DNA of 64,000 nucleotides from NCBI GenBank assembly GCA_965215015.1, contig OZ244042.1:896001-960000 (forward strand), read 5' to 3'. Positions 1 through 10,830 of this stretch are shown piece after piece. The position numbers and the translations under genes were made by a program. Source of the DNA: Candidatus Poribacteria bacterium. GTDB lineage: Bacteria > Poribacteria > WGA-4E > PCPOR2b. Within the stretch, counting starts at the first letter, position 1, and every line of letters begins with the position of its first letter. The notes beneath the pieces are model-generated. The model did no database searches and was not told where the DNA came from. It worked only from the letters and a program-made list of their open reading frames with translations.

Positions 1-2
1 TT

Positions 3-3000
3 CGCTTTTTCGGTATCGCCTGCTGCTTTGTAGGCATCGCCCAACAGTTCGTGCAGGACAGCACTCGTCTTCATTTTGGACTTCAATTCCTCGAGGATGG
101 CGATGCCGTTGTCCTTCTGCTCTTGGTCAACATAAAGCCTCCAGATGCCTCGAATCGCAGAATCGTGTTCGTTCTCTTCAAGGGAGGCGTCTAGAGCCTG
201 ACGATACGAAGCTTCAGCTGCTGATAATTGATTGCCTTTCGCATAGGTACCCGCCAACAGAAGATATAGTTCATACGAGGTCGGTTCAAGCTCAAGTGCT
301 TTTTCGTATGCAGCGGTCGCCTGTGCTAATTGTTCCGGCCCCACAACGGCAAAGATGGGACGGGTATAACCGACCAGCTTGGTGTTACCAATCAACCTGC
401 CGGGAGCTGGGGGCTTCCCCAACGATACATCGGAGACGTGCCCTTCTGTTTCTTTATCAAATGTCCAGCAGCCGACCAAGCCGGGTTCATCGCCCTTCAA
501 TTTGGTGTGCATATCCGCACGAATCTCGGCTGCTGTCCGGGCGATGTTCCAGATCCGAACCTCATCAATTTGCCCCTCAAAGGTGGCGTAGTTTATCTCT
601 TTCTCATGTGAGCCCCCAATTCGGAGTGGATATCGACTTTCATAAAAACCACCCCTCCCGAAATCTCGATTCTCGACTTCAGTGCCATCAATAAACAGTT
701 TCATGACATTTGTGTTCCCATCAATGATACCTGCCACATGGTGCCATGTGTTGAACTCGATAGCACCGGGTGCTGAAGATAGATTCTTCCCGTCTTGGCT
801 CTTTGGTGATGAAGTGAATACAATTGTACCATTTTCTTGAAGCCAGAGGGCGTAACTTTGATTGCTGCGATCCAGTGTTTGCCCGTCACCTCTGTAAATA
901 ATGGGGGTCAGTCCGTTCGGAAAGTCGGTCGGCTTAATCCACGCTGTTACCGTCACCTGTTGGCTGATGTTGTTCAAAGCGTCGCTGTCGGCGACTTCTA
1001 CAAAACTCGAATTCCCGTCAAGTTGCAATGCCGTGTCCTTAAACTCCGCTTCCGTTTGACGCTGCTTTTGGTGGAGGTCCCCGATTGTTTTGTGCCATCG
1101 GTAGTTGGCGGGTTGGAGTTCGCTAATTTTCTCGTATTGCGCGATTGCCTCGTCAACTCGGCCACTCCATTCGTAGGTTTGGGCGAGGGCAAAATGGGCA
1201 TCTGGATCATCGGGGTTTTCTACCACCAGTTGCAACTTTTCGGTAATCCGCTTTTCGTAGAGGTTGCCCGCTTTGTACGCTCGGCGCATCGCCGCCTCTG
1301 CCCTGCTTCGCTCGCCATCACTTCGGACAACACTTGCCATCTGTTGATACGCATTGACAGCGTTTTCGTACTGTTCTGCGCCGAGATAACTTTTTCCAAG
1401 GATGCTATATAAATGCTCCTGTCCCCAACCAAAGCCTCCGAATCGCCCACTCGCAGCGATTGCTTTCTCAACGAGCTTGATCGCTGGAGCGTACATTTCG
1501 CCATCAAGGCAGATAGATGCAACCGCAGCAAGGAACCACGTGTCATGTCTGCGATTGCTGGCTGAAAGCGCGACTTCACCTTGATTCAGCAGCTCCTCTG
1601 CTAAATCAGGCTGATTGCTCTTATTAAGGGCAGCAGCAGCGTAGTAAAAACTGCGAACATTGCCGGGCTGCGCTTCACAGAGGGCTTGATAGGCTTTAGC
1701 GGCCTGTTCGTGGTCGTCAGCATTCCGATAAATCTCAGCTACCATTTCAAGGAGGACAGAATTGGCTGCCTCTTTTTTAAATCTGCCCTCAAAGTGGGTT
1801 TTCAATTGATCAAGTTTCCCCTGATTTTTGTAGGCGTTAATCAAGGTTTCGCGTGCTTTATCCCCACCAAACGTGACTTTGACCCCGGACGGACCGTGAT
1901 GGATTGACATGCCTGTTGAACCGGAGCGAGACAGTGTTTCGTAGACCTCTATTGCCAAATCGTTCTCACCGAGTTGCACATATACCTGCACCAATTCGTT
2001 GAAGATGTTATTCCGCTCCCAGCTTCGGATGGCCATGTCAAGTGCTTTTTTGTAGGCGTCGACCGCTTTTTCCAATTCACCCTCATTCCGATAGTTCTGG
2101 GCGCGCTCCCGTTGCATCTCAAGCGTGAGTGTCCCTTCCTCTTCTGCTTGCTTTAGCATCTCCTCTAGCTTTCCCTGACGACGGTAGAGGCCCATCAATT
2201 GTCGTTCGACGTCCCGCCGTTCCCACTCCTGTCCGGTGTATCGAATGGCTTCTAAGAATGTCTTTTCGGCAGCGTCTAAGTCATCTTTACGAAGATAAAG
2301 TTGTGCCAGTTCTCGATAGGTCCGCCCATCGCCGGGAGCGAGTTCAATCGCCTTTTTATAGGCTTCAATGGCGTCATCAACCCGGTCTCCGGCGGCGTAG
2401 ATTTTAGCGAGCCGGACGTGGTGGACACCACTATCCGCTTCCCTATCAATGTATTTGTGGGCGAGTTCAAGGGCTTCTGGAATTTTGTCAGCGGACCGGT
2501 AAGCGTTAACGAGTCCGTCCTGATACTTTGTGTTTTCTGGGTCCGCTTCGAGCAACGCCTTCCAGGTATCGATCGCTTTATCGTGCTTATTTTGGCGCGA
2601 ATAGATGGTTGCAAGTTGGGCGCGAGATTCAAAATCTTCCGGCATCGCTATCGCAATTTGCTCGTAAATCTCCACCGCCTTCCTGAGCTGGTTGCGCTGC
2701 ATGTACTGTTGTGCTAACGATCGCTGCATCCCAACGTTCATCTTTTGCGTTTTTTGGGTCAGTTGGGTGGTCGCCGCCAATCCGTCGCGCCTCTGTTTAA
2801 TCTCCATCAACTGCTGCTGCGCCTGGGTGCGGGTCCGCTGTTGTACTGAAAGGTCATTGATGATTTCGGTATACAACGCTTCGGCATCGTCCCACATCTC
2901 GTGCTGCATGTATGTGGTCGCGAGTTGCTCTTTTTCCCAGAAGCCACCGCCACGCAGGATGCGGGTCATACCCATCTTACGGAATATGTTCTGCGCCCTC

Positions 3001-6000
3001 TCTTTCTCTCCTTTTTGGGCGTAGGCTGTGCCGAGCCTCTGGTAACTCTGCGAAAGTTGTCTCCAATTCTGTGGGTCAAATTTCTCAATTGTGGCTTCAA
3101 GCAGGCGCAATTCACGGTCTCGGTCATTTGCGTCCCGGTATGCAGCCGCCAGACTGTTCAGCCAGTTTGCATCCACTGACACGAGATCAAGAAGTTGATT
3201 AACAAACGTGCTCGACTCTTCGAGGTCATTTGCCGCAATTTTCATCGATGCAACGAGATAGAGTAACGACGGATCCTCCGGTTTCTCGGCGAGTTTGGCT
3301 TCATATTCTGTCATCAGGCTCTCTATTTTACCGGCTGCTTTGCAGAGCTCGGTCAGTTTTGACACAATCTCCACTTGTGCGTGAGGTATATCCTTAGCTG
3401 CCAGTTTTTCGCGCAAAAACTGGATCGCCTTCTCGGGTTCACCGGCGGCGGCGTAGGCAGATGCTAGATCATTATACCTGTAATGCCGATTTGGCTGGGC
3501 TTCAATGATCTTTTCGTAGATTTCAATTGCCGCTTTGGGATTATTATTTTCCATACATTGCCGTGCCACCCTTTGCGCGAACTGGTTGCCAAAGTTATGC
3601 CCGATAGATGGTGAAATCAGCCCCTTCGCGAGTGAAACTAACTCATCAACCTTACCGACTTGAAAGAAGGTTTCCGTTACCTGCCAATAGTCATGGCCGA
3701 GTGCATTTGGGTTGTCCTTGAGGAGCATCATATATTGGGTTACGGCATCTGTTGAGTGCCCACTACGTTGCAACATCCGGGCGTACCGCCGACGGGCCAT
3801 ACTATCCTTGGGGCGCAGGGCAAGTGCTGCATTAAAGGCAGCTGACGCCTTTTTGACCTGATTTGTACTCTCGTAGAACGTCGCCAACTGGACTTGTGCC
3901 TGGAATGAACCCGGGTTCTTTTTGGCTGCTTGAATCAACTGGGGTTCTCGCTCTCGCACAGCTTTGGACCGACTTATTAGATGGGTCGCTTGCTGGAGGT
4001 TCCACGAATACAATGTCTGCCCGTGCCGGTCACGTCGGTTGGCGAAACGCATTGCACGTTCAGCGATGTGTGCCGCGTCCTGCCCCCGACCAAGATCCTC
4101 TAAGTGCCGACTCAACTCCATTAGGAAGTTCGGGTCGCGTTGCCCCATCGCTAAGACCATTGCTTTCTTGGCAACAGCGATGGCGTATTGCGTGAGACCA
4201 CTCTGTTGGAGTTTTTGCGAAAACTGATAAAGTTCACGGGCCCCACCCGGCGAATTCAGCACCTTCGTTATCAACTCGCGCACCTTGACCGTGTTGCCCG
4301 TATGCGAGGCAAGCTGTAGCGTGAGGTTATAATACTGACGGCGATTTCGCGGGTCTCTTCTAGCAAGTTCATCAAGTAATCCCAACGCCGTCCCGTGTTT
4401 TCCGGTCTGGATAGAGGCAAAAACGGTGTTGAGCTTGAGCGTGAGATCGTCTGGGAATTCCCTTTGTAATGCCGAGAGGACTTCCTGCGCCTTATCGCGT
4501 TTCCCTTCCCACCAATAGCAGTAACTCAGCATTAAACCGGGATAGATACGGTCTCTACCTTCAGTGGCAGCCAACTCCGCCTGGAGTTTGGTGTACAAGG
4601 CCTCCTGTTCATCTCTCATCCACAGTTGGCTGAAAACCCCTTGGAGATACTGCAAACGGTTTTGATTATAGTAAACCGTCGGCGATGGATAGCTGGATTG
4701 GATCGGCGTGTATCCGCTGTAGGAGCGCGACGAGTATGTAAGCGTCGCAACACGTTGGGCGTTTGTGCCGGATGGTTTGGTCCGGTCAAAGAACGTCCAG
4801 AATAGCGCAACTCCTTTGTTGATCTCCCCTTCACGGAGGTAAGCGGCGGCGAGATTCTGGTAGATACTGCTATACTGCCACCACTGTTGCTGCGCGATCG
4901 ACGGTGTACCCGTCATCGAAGTTTGGGGGGCCGCCGAGATTGCTGGAGTCGGAAGTTGGGCGACAATTTTTTCCGCCGCATCAGGCCTCTCCATCTGCGC
5001 GTATACACTGACCAGCATCGAACCGGTGTTGAGATTGGTCACTTTTGCAGCTTCAAATTCGTCCAACAATTTTACGGCATCCGCCTCTTTCCCCTGCTGA
5101 TAAAGCTTTGAGGCATATTGTACGACATACCAGAGCCGTGCTTCGGGGGCAACTCCGGTCATTTCGTCGAGATATTTTTTTGTCCTTTCATAATCAAACT
5201 TCTGCTCCATTGACTGGATGAATCGCAAGCCTTGATACACGGGGTCGTTCGGTGACGCGGTAATTAGTCGATCGGTAGTTTCCCATACCTTGTCAGTGTC
5301 TTCGGTGAGGGTATAAAGTTTTACCAACGTTTCGAGCGTTTGGATGTCCTTCGGATTCGCGTCAGCCTCCGCCTCGAATTGCTGGATGAATTCACTCAAT
5401 TTCCCCTGCTGTTGGGCAATGGTTGTCAACTGCACGAGTGCACCGGCTTGCGCCTCCTCAAAACTGTTCGGCGCCCACGGTTGACCGCTTCCACGCCTAA
5501 AGGGTTGTCCCTGAATCTGCCAGACAAGGTCCCGCGCGAGGTCGAATTTACGCGTGTTGACTCCGGGTGGTCCGTAGGTTGGGCGAGATGACCCCGCCGT
5601 GACGTTCTTCGTCGTATTTTCAGGCGGTTCGGGCAGCTCCAAAATCCGTTGGAAGTGCGGTCGAGCGCGGTCTAATTCGTTCATCTCAACCAACGCCGCA
5701 CCAATCTGATAGATTGCTTTCGGATCCTTCACCTTTTCGCCCGCACGGTCAAGGCCGGAAAGTGCCTCGTCCAGCAGACCGTGCCGAATCAGCAACGTTG
5801 CAAGTTTGATTTCTGCTTCAAGCGTCTGATTTTTTGCGTGCAGCAACTTCGTCCATATCTGAATCGCCTCCTGCTCCCGCTCAACATCAAACAACAACTC
5901 GCCGAGTCGCTGCTGATGGATGGGGTCGGGTTGCACTTTGACAAGCCTCTGTTGATAGGTCAACGCGTCCTGAATATCACCGAGGTCAAGGCTAACTCTG

Positions 6001-8501
6001 ACTAGTTGTGCCAACAGATCTGGATTTTCGCGCGCCCGGTCTAACGCTCGCGCCAGTTGGAATCGTGCGCCGGGGAGGTCGCCTTCCATCTGATAGACCG
6101 CCGCCAACGCCAAAACAGGTCCCATGTTGGAGGTGTTAGCTTTCGACATCTGCTTCAGCTTTTCTTCAAACTCGCCAGGGCGTCCCAAGTCGTAATATGC
6201 TTCGGAGAGTGATTTAACAAAGGTAAGTTTGTCGTTCACGCTATCGCTCAATTCCCAGCATCTCCAGTACTGGTCAATTGCCTGTCGGGGGTTCCCTGAA
6301 AGTTTGTAAATCTCTGCAATTTCCGCACGAATATCGGTGGATTCCGGCCGCAGACGGATGGCACCCTTGAGACTGTCGATGGCGGTTTCATAATTCCCAG
6401 CCTGTTTGTCGATTTCTGCTAGCATCTGATGCCCTTCAGGATTGCGTGGACTGTGTGCGACCGCTTGCTTCGCCGCCGCCGTTGCCGCATCGAAATCTGT
6501 CACCTTCAGATGGGACCGTGCAATGTGCCCATAATACTCCCTTGCATTTGCGCTATCAACCTCAATTAGGTGTGTGTAGATGGCGTTGGCTTTATCTCGC
6601 CGCCCTTGTCGAGCATAGATGCCAGCGAGCCAACGGTTGACGGGCACATCATTGGGCTTGAGTGCTTTCGCTTTCAAAAGGACTTCGAGCGAGTAGGTGA
6701 TATTGCCCAACTTCAGGTACATCTTGGCAAGTTGTTTTTGCAAGGCGAAGACATCATCAGAAGTGTGTTTCCCTCCGGCAAGTTCAACCTCTAACGCTTC
6801 AAGCTTCTCCACGAGTGTTCCTTGACGCCGATAAATCTCAAGCTCTTGGTCCCCCATTTGTTCGGCGAAAAATTCGTTGGGGGCGAGTTGCCCTGCTGCG
6901 GCGTATTCGGTCAGTGCCGCGTCATAGTCCTTGTTCTCCATCAATCGCCGGGCCAATGTCTCGCGGTAGCGATATTCATCGGGTGTCCACTCGACCGCCT
7001 TTTGACTTGCCGCAATGGCTTCGGTGCGAAAATCCTTCGCGTCAAGTAATTGCGCGAGACGGTCATAATTCTCAGCAGTCGCAAGGTCTCCGGCGACCAG
7101 CCGGTTCCACGTCTCGACAGTTTTTTCACGATTACCCTGATGGAAATAGAATTCGCCGAAATACTCAATGTAATCGAGATTGTCAGGGGCGAGCGAAATT
7201 GCCTTTTCATATGCTGCGATGGCATCATCTATCCATTCATTGCCCGTATAAATTTTAGCGAGGATGAGGTGCGTTCCTGCGTTATCTGGATAGCGGTCAA
7301 TCATTCGTTGATAGGTCGCCTTTGCCCTGTCTTCGTCCTCTAGCTGGAGATATAATTCGCCGAGCTCACGATAGATGCCAAAATCGTCCGGTTGACTCTC
7401 ACTGAGGATCTCATATTCTGCCGCCGCTTCTTCAAATCTCTCGGCGTTACGGAAAACAGCGATGAGATTCAAGCGGAGTCCGGCGTCCGTTGGGGCAAGT
7501 TCCAGCCCCTTTCGGTACTCGGCGATGCCTTCGTCCACCTGCTGATTTTCGGTATACGCTGAAGCGAGCAAGCCGATTAATTCCACATCATTTGGTGTTT
7601 CAGCGAGTTTCGCCTCGTAGTAGGCAATTAACCCGGGCCAATCACTTTCGGCGGCGTAGATACCGACAATTCGCCCCTGAAGGTCCTTTCGCAGCCAATT
7701 GCCCTGCCCCGTCAACGCGAGGGCTTTGTCATAGTTTTGGATGGCGGCATCGTATTCCCCCATCTCCTCCCGAATTTTCCCGATTTCCCGCAGACTCAAG
7801 CAGATTCGATATGGGTCATCCCACTTCAATTTGACGATAACCTCGTGTTGTTCGATGGCTTGGGAGTAAAGTTCCTGCTCACGAAACAGATTTGCCAACT
7901 CGATGCGGGAGAAGACGTTCTCTGGATCAAGTTCAGCGATTTTACTCCATGCGGCAATCGCCTCGTCTATCCGATCTCGACGAAAATACGCGCGTCCGAG
8001 TGCCTTATAGGTTGCCATCAACTCATCGGGAGGGGCAGCCCGCGACTCTATTGCGAGATCCACCGCCTTTGTGAGCGCAGCAATCGCCGCCTCATGCTGG
8101 CGTAACGTCGCATACATCTGTCCAAGCGCAAAGTGTGGATAGTAATCGTCCGATGCCAAATCAACAGCACGCCGATACGCCATAATTGCTTCCGTATTCT
8201 TACCGAGCCGCTTGTAAATGTGTCCCAGAATCAGCTGCAGATTTGGATTGTCCGGTTTCGTCCTCACCTCCGTTTGATAATCAACGACCATCTGTTCTAA
8301 GCCTCGCCCTTCAAGGTAAAGCTGATACAACCGGTCAAACGTGCTGCCCTCTTTCGGCTTGCGTTCCAGCATCTGCTTATAACGCCCCACGATTTTTTCA
8401 TCAACCACCTCGTCCTGAGCATGCACAATTGGTAAGAGAACAGATACAAAACAGCAGAGAAATGGCACAAAGACTATCGGGTGTTTTTGACGTTCAAACA
8501 T
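3..8501 (-). CDS. Giant secreted tetratricopeptide-repeat protein with embedded LamG-like jellyroll domain (>2,800 aa, 3' end outside window)
   Basis: ATG at 8501 after GGAGGAGG; translates MFERQKHPIVFVPFLCCFVSVLLPIVHAQDEVVDEKIVGRYKQMLERKP (signal peptide ending VHA-Q). Same frame gives TPR-like helices and ALQLDGNSSFVEVADSDALNNISQQVTVTAWIKP (LamG, ~640-1040) and is still in frame at the window edge (...YKAAGDTEKA). The ORF track lists no stop-terminated ORF in this frame, consistent with no internal stop. Confidence 0.88.
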   Translation of the reverse strand, partial: MFERQKHPIVFVPFLCCFVSVLLPIVHAQDEVVDEKIVGRYKQMLERKPKEGSTFDRLYQLYLEGRGLEQMVVDYQTEVRTKPDNPNLQLILGHIYKRLGKNTEAIMAYRRAVDLASDDYYPHFALGQMYATLRQHEAAIAALTKAVDLAIESRAAPPDELMATYKALGRAYFRRDRIDEAIAAWSKIAELDPENVFSRIELANLFREQELYSQAIEQHEVIVKLKWDDPYRICLSLREIGKIREEMGEYDAAIQNYDKALALTGQGNWLRKDLQGRIVGIYAAESDWPGLIAYYEAKLAETPNDVELIGLLASAYTENQQVDEGIAEYRKGLELAPTDAGLRLNLIAVFRNAERFEEAAAEYEILSESQPDDFGIYRELGELYLQLEDEDRAKATYQRMIDRYPDNAGTHLILAKIYTGNEWIDDAIAAYEKAISLAPDNLDYIEYFGEFYFHQGNREKTVETWNRLVAGDLATAENYDRLAQLLDAKDFRTEAIAASQKAVEWTPDEYRYRETLARRLMENKDYDAALTEYAAAGQLAPNEFFAEQMGDQELEIYRRQGTLVEKLEALEVELAGGKHTSDDVFALQKQLAKMYLKLGNITYSLEVLLKAKALKPNDVPVNRWLAGIYARQGRRDKANAIYTHLIEVDSANAREYYGHIARSHLKVTDFDAATAAAKQAVAHSPRNPEGHQMLAEIDKQAGNYETAIDSLKGAIRLRPESTDIRAEIAEIYKLSGNPRQAIDQYWRCWELSDSVNDKLTFVKSLSEAYYDLGRPGEFEEKLKQMSKANTSNMGPVLALAAVYQMEGDLPGARFQLARALDRARENPDLLAQLVRVSLDLGDIQDALTYQQRLVKVQPDPIHQQRLGELLFDVEREQEAIQIWTKLLHAKNQTLEAEIKLATLLIRHGLLDEALSGLDRAGEKVKDPKAIYQIGAALVEMNELDRARPHFQRILELPEPPENTTKNVTAGSSRPTYGPPGVNTRKFDLARDLVWQIQGQPFRRGSGQPWAPNSFEEAQAGALVQLTTIAQQQGKLSEFIQQFEAEADANPKDIQTLETLVKLYTLTEDTDKVWETTDRLITASPNDPVYQGLRFIQSMEQKFDYERTKKYLDEMTGVAPEARLWYVVQYASKLYQQGKEADAVKLLDEFEAAKVTNLNTGSMLVSVYAQMERPDAAEKIVAQLPTPAISAAPQTSMTGTPSIAQQQWWQYSSIYQNLAAAYLREGEINKGVALFWTFFDRTKPSGTNAQRVATLTYSSRSYSGYTPIQSSYPSPTVYYNQNRLQYLQGVFSQLWMRDEQEALYTKLQAELAATEGRDRIYPGLMLSYCYWWEGKRDKAQEVLSALQREFPDDLTLKLNTVFASIQTGKHGTALGLLDELARRDPRNRRQYYNLTLQLASHTGNTVKVRELITKVLNSPGGARELYQFSQKLQQSGLTQYAIAVAKKAMVLAMGQRDPNFLMELSRHLEDLGRGQDAAHIAERAMRFANRRDRHGQTLYSWNLQQATHLISRSKAVREREPQLIQAAKKNPGSFQAQVQLATFYESTNQVKKASAAFNAALALRPKDSMARRRYARMLQRSGHSTDAVTQYMMLLKDNPNALGHDYWQVTETFFQVGKVDELVSLAKGLISPSIGHNFGNQFAQRVARQCMENNNPKAAIEIYEKIIEAQPNRHYRYNDLASAYAAAGEPEKAIQFLREKLAAKDIPHAQVEIVSKLTELCKAAGKIESLMTEYEAKLAEKPEDPSLLYLVASMKIAANDLEESSTFVNQLLDLVSVDANWLNSLAAAYRDANDRDRELRLLEATIEKFDPQNWRQLSQSYQRLGTAYAQKGEKERAQNIFRKMGMTRILRGGGFWEKEQLATTYMQHEMWDDAEALYTEIINDLSVQQRTRTQAQQQLMEIKQRRDGLAATTQLTQKTQKMNVGMQRSLAQQYMQRNQLRKAVEIYEQIAIAMPEDFESRAQLATIYSRQNKHDKAIDTWKALLEADPENTKYQDGLVNAYRSADKIPEALELAHKYIDREADSGVHHVRLAKIYAAGDRVDDAIEAYKKAIELAPGDGRTYRELAQLYLRKDDLDAAEKTFLEAIRYTGQEWERRDVERQLMGLYRRQGKLEEMLKQAEEEGTLTLEMQRERAQNYRNEGELEKAVDAYKKALDMAIRSWERNNIFNELVQVYVQLGENDLAIEVYETLSRSGSTGMSIHHGPSGVKVTFGGDKARETLINAYKNQGKLDQLKTHFEGRFKKEAANSVLLEMVAEIYRNADDHEQAAKAYQALCEAQPGNVRSFYYAAAALNKSNQPDLAEELLNQGEVALSASNRRHDTWFLAAVASICLDGEMYAPAIKLVEKAIAASGRFGGFGWGQEHLYSILGKSYLGAEQYENAVNAYQQMASVVRSDGERSRAEAAMRRAYKAGNLYEKRITEKLQLVVENPDDPDAHFALAQTYEWSGRVDEAIAQYEKISELQPANYRWHKTIGDLHQKQRQTEAEFKDTALQLDGNSSFVEVADSDALNNISQQVTVTAWIKPTDFPNGLTPIIYRGDGQTLDRSNQSYALWLQENGTIVFTSSPKSQDGKNLSSAPGAIEFNTWHHVAGIIDGNTNVMKLFIDGTEVENRDFGRGGFYESRYPLRIGGSHEKEINYATFEGQIDEVRIWNIARTAAEIRADMHTKLKGDEPGLVGCWTFDKETEGHVSDVSLGKPPAPGRLIGNTKLVGYTRPIFAVVGPEQLAQATAAYEKALELEPTSYELYLLLAGTYAKGNQLSAAEASYRQALDASLEENEHDSAIRGIWRLYVDQEQKDNGIAILEELKSKMKTSAVLHELLGDAYKAAGDTEKA

Positions 8502-8678
8502 GAGGGTTCCTCCTCCGGAGAATGATTTGAATTGGATCGTCCGTTGGTTCTTACAGTTTATCTTCGCCATCACCACAATTCACTATTATGCTGAAAAACA
8601 GAGTGATACGATACAAAACAGATTTTGTCTCAAGTGAGTTTAGCATAATACCCGCCGCGTGACAATAGAGTTTGAAAC

Positions 8679-8741
8679 CTATTTGCCCTGAAGGTGGCTC
8701 GTGACTAACCAAAGGCAAGCCACGAGAATTGACATACGCAT
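8679..8741 (-). pseudogene. Stub of a seventh TolB-like gene (signal peptide only: MRMSILVACLWLVTSHLQGK*)
   Basis: Same upstream spacer (AAGAAAGAGGGCAACCGGTAAATCGCT-ATG) as the genes starting at 9787 and 18188; homology ends at TAG 8679-8681. Confidence 0.85.
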
Positions 8742-8773
8742 AGCGATTTACCGGTTGCCCTCTTTCTTAAAGG

Positions 8774-9787
8774 TTAAGGAATGGGAGAGACTGGATAGAC
8801 TCCAATCCCTCGGTGATGGGGCGAATTAGACTTAGTCTCCCCCCAACGCTTTGGAACCAGGCCCCGCGGCGCAACCGGCAGCCGAGGATTCCATTCGCGA
8901 GCTGCGAAATCCTTGGCGGGGCTATTGGTCAACTGTATCAATTGACGGTCAGCCAACCGAAAACGATAAATATTTGTAATCCCAATTTTCCCGCCTATCA
9001 GGATAGATTTTCCGTCCGCCCCCCATCCGGAGCCTTGTGCAGCCAATAGGGCACCAGGGGGCAACGTCACTGGCTCAAACTCAATCACTTTACGTTTTGA
9101 CCGATGAAGTGTCGCGATGACCATAGAATACTGATGAGCAACCCCATGGGCAAGCGGCGCCGTGATGACCGTATAGAGAATCTTTTTCCCATCCGGAGAC
9201 CACCCGCCCATACGTATGAACGCCCGGTTGACCGGTTGCGACACCAACCATCGATTCCTGCCATCGGCATTAGCCACATAAATTCCGCCCTCAATCCCGT
9301 TCTCATTCTCGAAGGTCGCTTCAAAAGCAATCCATTTCCCGTCGGGAGACCACTTCGGGGAACTGATAAAGTCTGCTTCTGTTACCAACCGGAGGTTATT
9401 GCCATCGAGGTCTATCGTATAAAGACGACCAATATCTTCGCCGCGCATAAACGCAATCCGTTTCCCGCCGGGGTGCCAATGTGGATGCCCATCATAGGCG
9501 GGATGACGGGTCAGGTTGCGTAGATTACTCCCATCGGCGTCCATCACATAAATGTCGGGGTTGGTTTCGCCATGTCGATAGCTATGGAACGCAATCTGTT
9601 GTCCGTTGGGGGACCAGGTAGGCCAGATATCCATTCCCTCGTTGAATGTGAGCCGTGTTTGGTGCCTCCCATCCGAATTCATCGTATAGATTTCACTATT
9701 CCCATCCCGCTTGGAATAAAACACAATTTTTGCATGAAGGTGGCTCGTGGTCAGCCAAAGACTGACCACGAGAATTGACATACGCAT
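8774..9787 (-). CDS. Secreted TolB/PD40-like beta-propeller protein (T6, subtype 2)
   Basis: Signal peptide; repeated WSPNG/WSPDG-xxIAF and 'IYxMxxDG' motifs; C-terminal PVAPRGLVPKRWGETK tail. Confidence 0.9.
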   Translation of the reverse strand: MRMSILVVSLWLTTSHLHAKIVFYSKRDGNSEIYTMNSDGRHQTRLTFNEGMDIWPTWSPNGQQIAFHSYRHGETNPDIYVMDADGSNLRNLTRHPAYDGHPHWHPGGKRIAFMRGEDIGRLYTIDLDGNNLRLVTEADFISSPKWSPDGKWIAFEATFENENGIEGGIYVANADGRNRWLVSQPVNRAFIRMGGWSPDGKKILYTVITAPLAHGVAHQYSMVIATLHRSKRKVIEFEPVTLPPGALLAAQGSGWGADGKSILIGGKIGITNIYRFRLADRQLIQLTNSPAKDFAAREWNPRLPVAPRGLVPKRWGETKSNSPHHRGIGVYPVSPIP

Positions 9788-9819
9788 AGCGATTTACCGG
9801 TTGCCCTCTTTCTTAAAGG

Positions 9820-10818
9820 TTAAGGAATGGGAGAGACTGGATAGACTCCAATCCCTCGGTGATGGGGCGAATTAGACTTAGTCTCCCCCCAACGCTTTGG
9901 AACCAGGCCCCGCGGCGCAACCGGCAGCCGAGGATTCCATTCGTGTGCTCCGAAATCGGTGGCGGGGCTATCTGTCAATTGTATCAATTGACGGTCAGCC
10001 AACCGAAAACGGTAAATATTTGTAATCCCAATGTTCCCGCCTATCAGGATAGATTTTCCGTCTGCACCCCAACCGAATCCTTGTGCAGCCAATAGGACAC
10101 CAGGGGGCAACGTCACTGGCTCAAACTCAATCACTTTACGTTTTGACCGATGGAGTGTCGCGATGACCATAGAATACTGATGAGCAACCCCATGGGCAAG
10201 CGGCGCCGTGATGACCGTATAGAGAATCTTTTTCCCATCCGGAGACCAGCCACCCAGACGCATTGTTGAACGGGGGACCGGTCTTGATACCAGCCCTCGA
10301 TTAGTGCCATTGACATTAACCACATAAATCTCCCCACCCTCCTGGTCAATGCTCGCTTCAAAAGCAATCCATTTCCCGTCAGGTGACCATTCCAGATCGC
10401 CGATAAAGTCCGCCTCTATTACCAACCGGAGGTTATTGCCATCGAGGTCTATTGTATAAATACGACCGATATCTTCACCACGCAAAAACGCAATCCGTTC
10501 CCCGCCGGGGTGCCATTGAGGGCGCACATCAAAAGCAGGATGACGGGTTAGGTTACGTGGGTTACTTCCATCGGCGTGCATCACATATACCTCAGCGTTC
10601 CCATCACGATAACTATGGAACGCAATTTGTTGACCGTTGGGAGACCAGGTAGGCCACCTATCAGCGGCTTCATTGAATGTGAGCCGTATTGGGTTACTGC
10701 CATCGGAGTCCATCCTGTAGATTTCGAGATTTTCATCCCGTTTGGAATAAAACACGATTTTACCCTGAAGGGGACTCGTGACTAACCAAAGGCAAGCCAC
10801 GAAGACAGATATCCGCAA
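9820..10818 (-). CDS. Secreted TolB/PD40-like beta-propeller protein (T5, subtype 2)
   Basis: TTG start after AAAGGAGG; PD40 repeats; C-terminal part near-identical to T6. Confidence 0.9.
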   Translation of the reverse strand: MRISVFVACLWLVTSPLQGKIVFYSKRDENLEIYRMDSDGSNPIRLTFNEAADRWPTWSPNGQQIAFHSYRDGNAEVYVMHADGSNPRNLTRHPAFDVRPQWHPGGERIAFLRGEDIGRIYTIDLDGNNLRLVIEADFIGDLEWSPDGKWIAFEASIDQEGGEIYVVNVNGTNRGLVSRPVPRSTMRLGGWSPDGKKILYTVITAPLAHGVAHQYSMVIATLHRSKRKVIEFEPVTLPPGVLLAAQGFGWGADGKSILIGGNIGITNIYRFRLADRQLIQLTDSPATDFGAHEWNPRLPVAPRGLVPKRWGETKSNSPHHRGIGVYPVSPIP

Positions 10819-10830
10819 GGTGCACCTCCT

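Noticed and set aside
296-8503. Numerous + strand and short - strand ORFs of 60-190 aa
   Set aside because: Shadows of the giant minus-strand TPR/LamG gene; no recognisable motifs.
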